NCBI GenBank assembly: GCA_034660175.1 | Contig: JAYEIQ010000006.1 | Span: 10,201 to 74,200 of the forward strand | Length of the DNA: 64,000 bases | Direction: 5' to 3' | Origin: Patescibacteria group bacterium | Lineage (GTDB): Bacteria; Patescibacteriota; Minisyncoccia; Moranbacterales; DUUL01 | In this document: positions 42,775-51,779 of the stretch, in pieces | How positions within the stretch are numbered: the stretch's first letter is position 1 | Layout of the letters: the number at the start of each line of letters is the position of its first letter | Position numbers and translations under genes: made by a program | The notes under the pieces: model-generated | What the model saw: only the letters and a program-made list of their open reading frames with translations | The model's database searches: none | Told to the model about the DNA's origin: nothing

Positions 42775-43428
42775 ATGTCTATCGAACAGAAGTATCCGTC
42801 AAACGTGACGGCGAAAGGGATGGTGTACTTTTTTATTTTAAAGAACGTTATTTGTCGATTAGTTTGTTGGTTGTGGGTCAGAAAGATAAGTGGAATTGAG
42901 AAAATTCCTCGAAGAGGTCCATTTCTGATTGTGTGCAATCACCAATCTCATCTCGACTTCATGGTGCTCACATTTGCATTCAGATCGATCAGATTTTTGT
43001 CTAGTTTTATCAAGGATGCATACCATGATGTTCCGTGTTTAGATTTCTTTTTGAAGGAGTTGGCTCAGATAAGAGTTGACAGAAACAACAAACTGAAGTC
43101 TATAGATGAGGCTATCAGAGTTCTAAGTGAGAATCATGTTGTTGTTATTTTTCCGGAAGGAACCAGAATAAGATCAGGAAAAATTGGCAAATTTTATCGA
43201 GGGGTTGAGCTAATTATTAAAAATCTTCCTCATGTTCGCATTGTTCCTGTAGGGATCAGCGGAGCAAGAAAGATTTGGTCGCCAAAACATCCATGGCCCA
43301 ACTTCTTTGGTGGAAGGCAAATAACCTTTTCTGTTGGAGACGCAATGGAATTGACTAACTTTGAAGAAATGGACGCAAAACAATTTGCTGATAATGTCAG
43401 AGGAGCGGTGATTTCTCTTGTAAAATGA
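42775..43428 (+). CDS. plsC: 1-acyl-sn-glycerol-3-phosphate acyltransferase (LPLAT family)
   Basis: CNHQSHLDF (HxxxxD) and FPEGTR motifs. A strong RBS AAGGAGGA sits 4 nt upstream of the ATG at 42775. Confidence 0.75.
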   Translation: MSIEQKYPSNVTAKGMVYFFILKNVICRLVCWLWVRKISGIEKIPRRGPFLIVCNHQSHLDFMVLTFAFRSIRFLSSFIKDAYHDVPCLDFFLKELAQIRVDRNNKLKSIDEAIRVLSENHVVVIFPEGTRIRSGKIGKFYRGVELIIKNLPHVRIVPVGISGARKIWSPKHPWPNFFGGRQITFSVGDAMELTNFEEMDAKQFADNVRGAVISLVK

Positions 43429-43450
43429 ATAGTTTCGTGTTTTCTAAATA

Positions 43451-43485
43451 GAGCCCCTGGCAGAATCAATGTCAGGGCTCTTTTT
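43451..43485 (+). terminator. Rho-independent terminator after plsC
   Basis: GAGCCCCTG-GCAGAATCAATGT-CAGGGCTC followed by TTTTT. Confidence 0.6.
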
Positions 43486-43746
43486 ATTTCCTAAAAAGGT
43501 TTAGAACAGCTTTTTTTGTATAAACATAACAAAGACAAAGGTCGAGGGTATAGTCCTTGACAAAACATTGAAAAAATGATATAATAATGCAATTACAATG
43601 AAGATGGGCAGAAAGTGGACTTTCCTTTTGAAAAGCCAAAATCATGCGAGGTCTTTGTTGTAAAGTAGCTTGAAAATTTATTAACCACTCAAATCTACGC
43701 TCACGTGGTACTAGCCACTCACGAGCACAGAAAAGGAGGAAACCAA

Positions 43747-44031
43747 ATGGCAGAGAAGCATTCACTTTCTAGGTTGAAGGATTTTTCTGGTCCGATCACT
43801 AAACCATTCATTGAGAATGGTCGGTGGTGTGGCGTATTTATTGCAACGCTTGTTGAGACAGCAAAGCAAATGAGTCCCAACAAGGCGAAAAATGCAGCAT
43901 ATGAACTTTGTGTCAATGAATGTTTGCATCGAAAAACAGCAGACCACTTTTCTAAATCTTGCAGATTTCTGGCAATCTTAAGAAGAGATTATCCTGTTGA
44001 TTTCTATCAAGTGATTGGTGAAGAAGAATAG
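43747..44031 (+). CDS. Hypothetical 94-aa soluble protein
   Basis: RBS AAAAGGAGGA then ATG. No homology recognised. It shares an upstream leader motif with the next gene. Confidence 0.45.
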   Translation: MAEKHSLSRLKDFSGPITKPFIENGRWCGVFIATLVETAKQMSPNKAKNAAYELCVNECLHRKTADHFSKSCRFLAILRRDYPVDFYQVIGEEE

Positions 44032-44094
44032 TTCCAATCTCACATCTACGCTCACGAGCAATTATTGCTCAAGAGCACGGAAAAGGAGAATGAC

Positions 44095-45141
44095 ATGAAA
44101 ATAATTCAAAAAAGCTTGCTCGTCAGTTTACTCATTATAACAGGTCTAGTCGTGTTTTCGGTCATTTCGTTTTTGTTGAAAGACTGGTATCTGTTCGGAG
44201 GGTCTTCATTCTTAGGACTGGTAACTCTATATTTGACAATTTTCAGAGTGAAAGATGTCTTCATCGCTATTCCCTCCAGTATATTTGTTGGTCGGATAAG
44301 AGGTTTGGACGAAAATAGCTTTTCCATTCCGATCGGAAAACCTTATAAGGAGGGTATCCACTTAAAGCCATTTTGGTGGCGACTGACTTTCGAGTCACGG
44401 AGTGTCAAGCAATTGAAAATTGACAAGCAAGAATATCAGGTTGGTTCTGGCGGAACTGTTCTGGTCAGTGGGCTGGTTCAGTATCGAGTCTCAGATGTCA
44501 CAGGGTATCGGGTTGCGGAAATAGGCCAACAAGAAGTGGTCGATGGAATCTCTTCCGAGGTTGACCAAATCATCATCAAATGCCTGGGAAGAATCCTCTC
44601 TGCTGATGATGTCGCAAAAGGGGATGGGGGTGCTTTGGAAGGTGAAACCAAAATGTCTCTGGATATAGAAGCGAGTGGAGAGGTGAATGTTTTTTCTGGT
44701 ATTGACATCGCTATCCAATCCAAGGCAAAACTGAACATAGAATTGGAAGTGCAGTTTGGAAAAATGGAACTTGACAGTCAAGGCAGAACCAGGAGGCTCT
44801 TCGCTCATGATGTTGCATACGCCGAACAAAGCTATGGAGTGGAAATCCTCAAGGCTAGAATCGACAAGATCGACCCGATCGATGAGATCAAAAAAAGTCG
44901 GGACAATATCCAGGTTGAGAGGTATGAAGTGCGTAGTGAAAAAATTCAGATTGCACACTTTGCAAACAGAGTGGAAGAAACGAAAGATAAACTCGGAATT
45001 GAAACCGAGAGGGCGATTGAGATTGTTATGCTCAACATGAAGCTCACCACCAAAGACATCAAACAATTTCAGGTTGATGGCGTTGCCGGATTGGCGACGT
45101 TGGTCGAGAGTTTTCTCAAGAACAAAGGAGGTAAATTATGA
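44095..45141 (+). CDS. SPFH/band-7 (stomatin/prohibitin-like) domain membrane protein
   Basis: An N-terminal transmembrane segment, then EGIHLKPFWWRLTFESRSVKQLKIDKQEYQVGSGGTVLVSGLVQYRVSDVTGYRV, which resembles the SPFH core. RBS AAAAGGAG. Confidence 0.5.
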   Translation: MKIIQKSLLVSLLIITGLVVFSVISFLLKDWYLFGGSSFLGLVTLYLTIFRVKDVFIAIPSSIFVGRIRGLDENSFSIPIGKPYKEGIHLKPFWWRLTFESRSVKQLKIDKQEYQVGSGGTVLVSGLVQYRVSDVTGYRVAEIGQQEVVDGISSEVDQIIIKCLGRILSADDVAKGDGGALEGETKMSLDIEASGEVNVFSGIDIAIQSKAKLNIELEVQFGKMELDSQGRTRRLFAHDVAYAEQSYGVEILKARIDKIDPIDEIKKSRDNIQVERYEVRSEKIQIAHFANRVEETKDKLGIETERAIEIVMLNMKLTTKDIKQFQVDGVAGLATLVESFLKNKGGKL

Positions 45142-45845
45142 GCAGCATAATTATTAGTTGCATGTTTGTTCTTGTTGCTATTGGGCTGCTCATGTGGGGC
45201 AGAAACTGGAGCAGTTCCGGAGGACTGTCGGTGCTAGACAGAATTAAGAGACTGGGAAGTTTTGTTCGTGTACCCAGTTTTATAAAAAAACTGTCACCGA
45301 TCAGGATAATCAATTTATTTATTGTTGCTGGGTCAGGTGTCATTTTTTTTGGGGGTGTTGCTTACATTCTAAGTGACGTCGGAGGCGTTGATTTGTTTGA
45401 TGCCACCGAGAAGGCAGCACAAAGGGCTCTGGGTAGTAAACCCGCAGCTCAAACAACTCCTGAGGTTCAAATCGACCTGGCAAACCTATTCGATTTGAGC
45501 CAAGAGCGTCGAATGTTGACGCTCAACTGTAGGTATCAAAAGGTCATTTTGACGAGTGACCTGAAGATCCAAGCAACGGGTGGCAAGACATATGCGCTGT
45601 TTGGGTCTGAAGATACAGGGATAGCCAAGGTAAAGCTTGCAAACCTTGGTTATCAAAAAGTTGAAGGGCGACTGGAACGGACAAACACGTTCCTCGTTCT
45701 TCGCAGAGGAAGTATAATTGACTTCCTCGAGGGCGACAGAACTATAAATTTCGTCGCTTCCGGGGGTCACAAGGTGTATCTTGTGCCAAAAACACAAGGT
45801 GCATCTATTGTCTTTTCCTACAAGGAGTTCAAAGGACCCGTGTAG
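45138..45845 (+). CDS. Two-transmembrane membrane protein with a C-terminal soluble domain, possibly an NfeD-like partner of the SPFH protein
   Basis: A 235-aa ORF whose ATGA start overlaps the SPFH stop. The call rests on architecture only. Confidence 0.35.
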   Translation: MSSIIISCMFVLVAIGLLMWGRNWSSSGGLSVLDRIKRLGSFVRVPSFIKKLSPIRIINLFIVAGSGVIFFGGVAYILSDVGGVDLFDATEKAAQRALGSKPAAQTTPEVQIDLANLFDLSQERRMLTLNCRYQKVILTSDLKIQATGGKTYALFGSEDTGIAKVKLANLGYQKVEGRLERTNTFLVLRRGSIIDFLEGDRTINFVASGGHKVYLVPKTQGASIVFSYKEFKGPV

Positions 45846-45860
45846 GAATGAAAAAGAAAA

Positions 45861-45897
45861 GCTCACCTAGCGCAGCGACGCCGGGTGAGTTTTTTTG
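45861..45897 (+). terminator. Rho-independent terminator
   Basis: GCTCACC-TAGCGCAGCGACGCCG-GGTGAGT followed by TTTTTTT. Confidence 0.6.
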
Positions 45898-45912
45898 TTG
45901 GAAAAACTTGTT

Positions 45913-46278
45913 TTATGAAAGAAGATATTCGATGGTGTAGACAATAATCAGTGCGCCACACACAATGGTGACGGCAATGATGGAATAAACAAAATTATGC
46001 TTGGCATTCTCTGCCATGGATGTGCTTCCGAAAGAAAGAAGATACTGAATTCCAGTTACGATGAAGCTGATGATGGAAAGCATCAAGAATACGATTAGAA
46101 TCCAACCAAGAACTGTTGTTGTTACAGTTATGACGGGATTTACTCCTCCAGGATCAGGCAAGCCTGTTCCGTTTGGAATTGCAACAGCGTGAACTGGGCT
46201 GAAAAATCCAAAGACTCCTGCTGTCAGCAAAAAAATAAAGGAAAGTGTGACCAGTGAAAGAAGTTGTTTTTTTCGCAT
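45913..46278 (-). CDS. VirB2/TrbC-like pilin-family protein (paralog 1)
   Basis: The start was taken at the internal MRKKQLL. It has a signal peptide and two transmembrane helices with core GIQYLLSFGSTSMAENAKHNFVYSIIAVTIVCGALII. Confidence 0.5.
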   Translation of the reverse strand: MRKKQLLSLVTLSFIFLLTAGVFGFFSPVHAVAIPNGTGLPDPGGVNPVITVTTTVLGWILIVFLMLSIISFIVTGIQYLLSFGSTSMAENAKHNFVYSIIAVTIVCGALIIVYTIEYLLS

Positions 46279-46295
46279 TTTTTTGTTTTGTTTTT

Positions 46296-46931
46296 TTAAA
46301 CTAAGTCCGCAACGAGTCTGATGATTGAATATGATCCAATTGCAACGGCAAGGCCAATAATGGAATAAACTATCCATTTTTTTGCTCTGCCTGTAACATT
46401 TGGGTCTCCGCCAGACAAAATCAACATGAGACCAGAAGCAACAAATGCTATGACTGCCAGATATGTCAAAACCAGGAGCAACCAAAGCATTATTCTCAGG
46501 AAGATTGAATCAACCATTCCTGGCATTCCCAAACCTAAGAGAGTGAATACTGTGCTGAGAAATGGAATTCCAATCAATGTTGCTATTGTTATGACAATAG
46601 AAAGTGAGGCAAGGGCAACAGCCAAACCGAAAATTGCATAAGTGATCCATCGTTTGGCTCTGCTGGCAAGGTCAGCATTCCCTCCTGAGATGATAAGCAT
46701 TATACCTGCTGCAACAAATGCCATAACAGATAAAAGTGTAAGAACTGAAAACAACCATAGTAGAACAGTTATAAGCACAAGCAAAAAGTCGGTTGTTGGT
46801 AGCATGGATGTGTTCGTGGCAAGGTTTAAACCCGTGTTCCACTGAGCGGAGGCTATGAAAGGTATTGCTAGAAGCGACAGAATGGATGATCCTATCAAAA
46901 GATTACTAAGTTTTTTTTGTATCTTTTTCAT
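46296..46931 (-). CDS. VirB2/TrbC-like pilin-family protein with two tandem pilin domains (paralog 2)
   Basis: Two copies of the core lie in one ORF. The first is AAGIMLIISGGNADLASRAKRWITYAIFGLAVALASLSIV. The second is ASGLMLILSGGDPNVTGRAKKWIVYSIIGLAVAIGSYSII. Confidence 0.5.
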   Translation of the reverse strand: MKKIQKKLSNLLIGSSILSLLAIPFIASAQWNTGLNLATNTSMLPTTDFLLVLITVLLWLFSVLTLLSVMAFVAAGIMLIISGGNADLASRAKRWITYAIFGLAVALASLSIVITIATLIGIPFLSTVFTLLGLGMPGMVDSIFLRIMLWLLLVLTYLAVIAFVASGLMLILSGGDPNVTGRAKKWIVYSIIGLAVAIGSYSIIRLVADLV

Positions 46932-46954
46932 GAAAAAGAGTTTAGTGAGTTATT

Positions 46955-47296
46955 TTAATTTAAAAAATGTTTAATTACATTGATTATCACATAACCTACA
47001 AGAGAAAGGATTATTCCCACTAAGGAAGCCATTCCAGTTTTTCTTGCTCCACCGAGAACATTCTCATCTCCTCCTGCAACGATGAATTTTATTCCAGAAA
47101 AGACAAGTCCTATAAGTGAAGAGAGGAACAATAGAGCAAGAAATACATTCATTGCATCAGTAACTGTGTTAAAAGTTTCTCTTCCCTGAATTGAAAATTC
47201 AGAAGGAGTTTCTTTTGGTTGTTCGACAAACTGTGCGTGCGTTAATAATGGAACAAACAAAAAAGCACAAGAAAAAAGAAGTATTTTTGTTTTCAT
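46955..47296 (-). CDS. VirB2/TrbC-like pilin-family protein (paralog 3)
   Basis: Signal peptide plus the core FSGIKFIVAGGDENVLGGARKTGMASLVGIILSLVGYVII. Confidence 0.5.
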   Translation of the reverse strand: MKTKILLFSCAFLFVPLLTHAQFVEQPKETPSEFSIQGRETFNTVTDAMNVFLALLFLSSLIGLVFSGIKFIVAGGDENVLGGARKTGMASLVGIILSLVGYVIINVIKHFLN

Positions 47297-47437
47297 AGAA
47301 GAAAGTTTTGCTGGTTTTTTGTAATTTTTTTGATTTCGACAAAGACATATTTACTTCATTTTAGCAAACCAGAGTCAAAATAACAAGCCTCGTAAAGAGG
47401 CTTGTTATGTGAGATAGTCTTCCTAGGAAGAAGATCT

Positions 47438-47803
47438 TTATCTGCCTTGGACTGTTGTAGAAAGTGTTTCAGCAACAAAGCGAACTACGATGTAACCTAA
47501 CAATGCAACAACAATTCCAATGATTGAATAGGTGAGCCACTTTCGAGCATCGTCTGCTCGATCTGATCCACCTGCTGTAACGAACATGATTCCAGAAATG
47601 ACGAATCCAATTACAGCAACGAAGGTCAAGATCAAAAGCAACCATTGCAAGACAGTAAAGATAATGCCGGCTATGGTAGAGTTCTGTAGTGCTGTTGTGC
47701 CTCTGTCTCGATCAACGTCAAATTGAGCGCCAACCAAAAGAGGAGCTCCCATTACCAAAGTTGCAACTCCAAAGGCCATCAATTTTTTTGTACTAAGTTT
47801 CAT
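47438..47803 (-). CDS. VirB2/TrbC-like pilin-family protein (paralog 4, copy A)
   Basis: Core ISGIMFVTAGGSDRADDARKWLTYSIIGIVVALLGYIVV. The protein is identical to that of 47959..48324. Confidence 0.5.
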   Translation of the reverse strand: MKLSTKKLMAFGVATLVMGAPLLVGAQFDVDRDRGTTALQNSTIAGIIFTVLQWLLLILTFVAVIGFVISGIMFVTAGGSDRADDARKWLTYSIIGIVVALLGYIVVRFVAETLSTTVQGR

Positions 47804-47958
47804 TGTAACACCTCGCTTTCTAGATTTATTTTTATTTTTCGGATATAAAACTTGACTTGTCCGAATGTTATTTACTTCATTTTAGCAAACCAGAGTCAAA
47901 ATAACAAGCCTCGTAAAGAGGCTTGTTATGTGAGATAGTCTTCCTAGGAAGACTATCT

Positions 47959-48324
47959 TTATCTGCCTTGGACTGTTGTAGAAAGTGTTTCAGCAACAAA
48001 GCGAACTACGATGTAACCTAACAATGCAACAACAATTCCAATGATTGAATAGGTGAGCCACTTTCGAGCATCGTCTGCTCGATCTGATCCACCTGCTGTA
48101 ACGAACATGATTCCAGAAATGACGAATCCAATTACAGCAACGAAGGTCAAGATCAAAAGCAACCATTGCAAGACAGTAAAGATAATGCCGGCTATGGTAG
48201 AGTTCTGTAGTGCTGTTGTGCCTCTGTCTCGATCAACGTCAAATTGAGCGCCAACCAAAAGAGGAGCTCCCATTACCAAAGTTGCAACTCCAAAGGCCAT
48301 CAATTTTTTTGTACTAAGTTTCAT
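47959..48324 (-). CDS. VirB2/TrbC-like pilin-family protein (paralog 4, copy B; 100% identical protein)
   Basis: Identical 121-aa translation to 47438..47803. Confidence 0.5.
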   Translation of the reverse strand: MKLSTKKLMAFGVATLVMGAPLLVGAQFDVDRDRGTTALQNSTIAGIIFTVLQWLLLILTFVAVIGFVISGIMFVTAGGSDRADDARKWLTYSIIGIVVALLGYIVVRFVAETLSTTVQGR

Positions 48325-48384
48325 TGTAACACCTCGCTTTCTAGATTTATTTTATTTTTATTTTTAACACAACTTTTTTGTTTT

Positions 48385-48987
48385 CTAAAAAAATAATGCG
48401 ATTTGCCTGACGAGGATTAATGATCCTGCTGCAATTGCTATCCCAATTATTGAATACTTCATTGCCTTTTTTGCATTCTCTGCCTGAGTAGTTCCTCCTG
48501 CAGCAGCCAAATACATGATGCCACTGACTGTTAGGCCGATTATAGCAAGCATGCCCAAAATTGACAATAAAAAGGAAAGTGCTCTTGTGACAATTTCTGC
48601 GATTGTTGGTGCGGCCGAAAGGTTGGTGGGAATTGTTGTAGTTGGGCTACCATAGATGATTATTTGGATTTCTCGCAGAAAAGATGGTCCCGCCATGGCA
48701 AGCGCAAATCCAACAATAGCTCCTATCATGCACATTTTCGCAGCTGTGACCAGGGATGAGTTTCCTGCTGAAGAAATATAGAGAACTCCCGCAATGACAA
48801 GAAATAAAACAGAAAGAAAGGCGATGACTCCTTGTAGATGTGAAAGAATTGACTGGAAAAAGCCGGTTATTGTTCGATTTGCCATGAAATTAAATGACAC
48901 AGAGGCATGTGCAAAATCACTTGTAAAGAAAAGTGCACTAAACAAAAAAGCAAAGGATGATATTCCGATAATTGTCTTTCTTTTCAT
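48385..48987 (-). CDS. VirB2/TrbC-like pilin-family protein (paralog 5, longer N-domain)
   Basis: Core VSGIMYLAAAGGTTQAENAKKAMKYSIIGIAIAAGSLILV, preceded by an extra hydrophobic hairpin. Confidence 0.45.
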   Translation of the reverse strand: MKRKTIIGISSFAFLFSALFFTSDFAHASVSFNFMANRTITGFFQSILSHLQGVIAFLSVLFLVIAGVLYISSAGNSSLVTAAKMCMIGAIVGFALAMAGPSFLREIQIIIYGSPTTTIPTNLSAAPTIAEIVTRALSFLLSILGMLAIIGLTVSGIMYLAAAGGTTQAENAKKAMKYSIIGIAIAAGSLILVRQIALFF

Positions 48988-49064
48988 AAAACAGTTTTTA
49001 TATTTCTGATTTAATTATAACACATAATTATCCAGGTAAACAAAAGGAGAGACATGCTCCTTTT

Positions 49065-49706
49065 TTAACTTAGTAGTGCAATTACCTGTTTGAGGATGAT
49101 CAAAGAAGCTCCCGCTATGGTTACTGCAAGGATGCTATAGAACATCATGCGCTTGGCAGTTTCGGCGCGCGATGTGTCGCCACCAGCAGAAATATACATT
49201 ATTGCAGAAACAACGAATCCTATAGTTGCTAAGACTCCAATGATTGTAAGAGCAAAGTTCATGATATTCTCAATGATTGTTGCAACAGGGGTCGCTGTTG
49301 AGATCAAACCGGGTCCTCCACCAACTCCACCCGCAGCTATATCCCTGATTTCTCTGAGCAACGATGGGGCGGCAACTGCAATCGCAAAGCCAACAAGTGC
49401 AAAAGTGATGATTGTTTTTGCCAAAGAGACTTGACTTGAATGTCCACCTGATGTGATATAAACAACACCGCCAATCACAATCATAATCACGGCTAACCAA
49501 CCAACAATGCCCTGAACACTGGCTAGAAAATTTGACAGAAGACCGGTGAAACTGTTGACTGTTAGTGGGTTTGGATAGTTTGGTCCAGCGATTGCAAGTG
49601 CTTCATTGAGCGGTATTGAAATCAAGATCAAAGAGAAAACAAAAACAAGAAAAGCGCTCATGGGAAGAATCTGTTTTGTTTTTCTGGATAGCCAGATAAT
49701 TTTCAT
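49065..49706 (-). CDS. VirB2/TrbC-like pilin-family protein (paralog 6)
   Basis: Core VSAIMYISAGGDTSRAETAKRMMFYSILAVTIAGASLIIL. Confidence 0.45.
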   Translation of the reverse strand: MKIIWLSRKTKQILPMSAFLVFVFSLILISIPLNEALAIAGPNYPNPLTVNSFTGLLSNFLASVQGIVGWLAVIMIVIGGVVYITSGGHSSQVSLAKTIITFALVGFAIAVAAPSLLREIRDIAAGGVGGGPGLISTATPVATIIENIMNFALTIIGVLATIGFVVSAIMYISAGGDTSRAETAKRMMFYSILAVTIAGASLIILKQVIALLS

Positions 49707-49744
49707 ATTTTTTTGTTATGGAGAAATATTTTGATTGTAAGATG

Positions 49745-50266
49745 TCAAAATGCACTAGTTGTACTGCAGGTAAAAGAATACCAATTAGCACCTCTTCCTA
49801 ACATTGAATTGCTGTCCGGATTGGCTGACATAAAAAGCAGAAGAGCATATACGATTAACCAGCTTAAGAGAAAAATTGCAAAGCCAGTCAAGGTTTTGGT
49901 TATTACTCCTTTGGCAATTGATTTAAGATTGGTATTTCCAGAAGAAATAACATAGGTGACACCACCCACCGTTAACAAAAACAAAGAAGCAATGATCAGT
50001 AGAGAAAGTAACAGATCGTATATATTTTTCACTAAAATGATGAAATGACAAAGAGTACACGATTGCTGTCCTTCTGCTCCTGCACAGCTGTTGCGCATAC
50101 CACATGGTACAAGTGGATCATTCAGTGTCCAAAATCCGAAACTTGTTCCTTCTGATGGGCATTGAGCGGAGACAATTTGTGGATGCAAAAGAAACAAACA
50201 GAAAGAAAGAACGATCACAAATGAAATGAAAAGTGAGGAAAGTTTAGTTTTTTTTGTAGATGTCAT
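49745..50266 (-). CDS. VirB2/TrbC-like pilin-family protein with a Cys-rich N-terminal module (paralog 7)
   Basis: A signal peptide, then CPSEG...CGMRNSCAGAEGQQSCTLC, then the core TVGGVTYVISSGNTNLKSIAKGVITKTLTGFAIFLLSWLIV. Confidence 0.4.
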   Translation of the reverse strand: MTSTKKTKLSSLFISFVIVLSFCLFLLHPQIVSAQCPSEGTSFGFWTLNDPLVPCGMRNSCAGAEGQQSCTLCHFIILVKNIYDLLLSLLIIASLFLLTVGGVTYVISSGNTNLKSIAKGVITKTLTGFAIFLLSWLIVYALLLFMSANPDSNSMLGRGANWYSFTCSTTSAF

Positions 50267-51639
50267 TTTTCTAGGTAGCTGTCTTTAATAATTAGGGCAT
50301 CAAATCTCGAAGATGCTGTGTCCAGGGCGTCGAGAGATGAAGCTTTTCCTGAAGTGACTTCATCGATCATTTCAACGAATATCTCTTCTACTGCTGAGTC
50401 GTCAGGTTGTTTCCATGTTTTGGCGGTGAGCGACTGATTTGCAAAAACTTCAAAAAACACATCCTCCTTTTGTTCTTCTACAAGGTCTCTTCTCGCTGCA
50501 GGTTTATTTGTTTTTTCAAGATAGTGCTGGGTTGCGTCAAATGTTTCACCAGCCAATGGAGGCAGAGTTACGAACTTGATATAGTCCCAAGCAGCTGCAA
50601 TGCGTTCCTCGTTGGTATAGTTTGCTTCTGCTGGAATTTCTCTATTTCTTGTAACTGCCATTCCCCAATACACACCATAATTAACTTTATTGTCTAGATC
50701 GAGTTGGGGGACTGGAGCGACGTCGAAATTAAGTTTTGGATCACTTTTGTTGAGGCGGTCTTTCCAGTATGAATAGTTGATCATCATAGCAACACGACCG
50801 AAGCGGAAACTGTCAATTGAATAATCCATTTTTGTATTCCATGTGTATACTTCAGAGCTTGCTTGTGAGAACTGAGTGTAGAAATTCAGAGCGTTCACAC
50901 CTGGATTTTCTGTTCCATGATTTGAAACGTTTATTGCTGAGAAGTTTTTGTCTCCTCTATTCATTTTTGAGCCACCCTGCATCATCATCAACATTAAAAT
51001 GTCAGATGACCTGTTGATAGCACCAGGATCTTTAGATCTTCCAAGCGCAATGGCCGAGCGTTCAATGTTACCATATTGATCGATCTTTGTTATGATCTTG
51101 GTTTGATCTCTGACTTCGCTCCATGTTTTTGGAGGTGAACTGATGCCTGATTGATTGAGCAAATCTTTGTTGTAATAAAGTGCAAGGGTGTCGTTATATA
51201 GTGGCATTGCATAGATCTGGTCGTCTTTCACAAAGTCTTCATAAGAGACATCAACAAATGAATTTTTGAACAGTGAAAGTTGTTTCTCGGACTCAGGAAG
51301 AGAAATGATCTTTTCTGAATGTTCAGGAAGCCAAGCACTGTTAAAGAAAACAATATCAGGCCCTTTTCCGCTTGCGAAAGCGTCTATTATCTCTTTTTCG
51401 AATTCTACTGGGTTTTGAGAGAGTTTTTTGTATTTAATTTGGGTTATATTTGGATTGATAATTTTGTACTCCTTGTTTATTCCATGAAATGCGTCAGAGT
51501 CATCAAATACACCCCACACCTCAAGGGATATCTTTTTTGCTCCTTTATCCTTTCTATCTTTGAAGCAACCTGAAAGAACAAAGGTCGCGATAACAAAGAA
51601 AAGGATGCTGATGACACCGAGAATTTTTTTTTGTTTCAT
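50263..51639 (-). CDS. Lipoprotein, an ABC-transporter extracellular solute-binding protein (family 1, sugar/oligosaccharide type)
   Basis: Lipobox LSGC. The size of about 458 aa and motifs (AMPLYNDTLALYYNKDLL) are typical of MalE-like solute-binding proteins. Its stop overlaps the start of pilin paralog 7. Confidence 0.65.
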   Translation of the reverse strand: MKQKKILGVISILFFVIATFVLSGCFKDRKDKGAKKISLEVWGVFDDSDAFHGINKEYKIINPNITQIKYKKLSQNPVEFEKEIIDAFASGKGPDIVFFNSAWLPEHSEKIISLPESEKQLSLFKNSFVDVSYEDFVKDDQIYAMPLYNDTLALYYNKDLLNQSGISSPPKTWSEVRDQTKIITKIDQYGNIERSAIALGRSKDPGAINRSSDILMLMMMQGGSKMNRGDKNFSAINVSNHGTENPGVNALNFYTQFSQASSEVYTWNTKMDYSIDSFRFGRVAMMINYSYWKDRLNKSDPKLNFDVAPVPQLDLDNKVNYGVYWGMAVTRNREIPAEANYTNEERIAAAWDYIKFVTLPPLAGETFDATQHYLEKTNKPAARRDLVEEQKEDVFFEVFANQSLTAKTWKQPDDSAVEEIFVEMIDEVTSGKASSLDALDTASSRFDALIIKDSYLEK

Positions 51640-51721
51640 TTTGTATTTTTGCTTTGAGTTATTTTCTGTTTTTAAAGCAATTCATGTTTTCTTTTCACAA
51701 GTTATTATACCACAAACGTTT

Positions 51722-51759
51722 CAAAAAATAAAAACACAGTCACCGATAGGTGACTGTGT
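51722..51759 (-). terminator. Rho-independent terminator of gyrA (minus strand)
   Basis: Hairpin ACACAGTCACC-GATA-GGTGACTGTGT followed, on the minus strand, by a T-run (TTTTTATTTTTT). Confidence 0.6.
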
Positions 51760-51779
51760 TTGCGCGCTGAATAAAAAAG

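Larger units (their letters stand above)
47348..48352. repeat. Near-perfect tandem direct duplication. The two roughly 486-bp units span 47348-47833 and 47869-48352, with a period of 521 bp. Each carries a pilin gene and its two downstream hairpins.
   Basis: Comparison of the two units shows a single 2-nt difference: GGAAGAAGATC in the first against GGAAGACTATC in the second. Confidence 0.8.
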
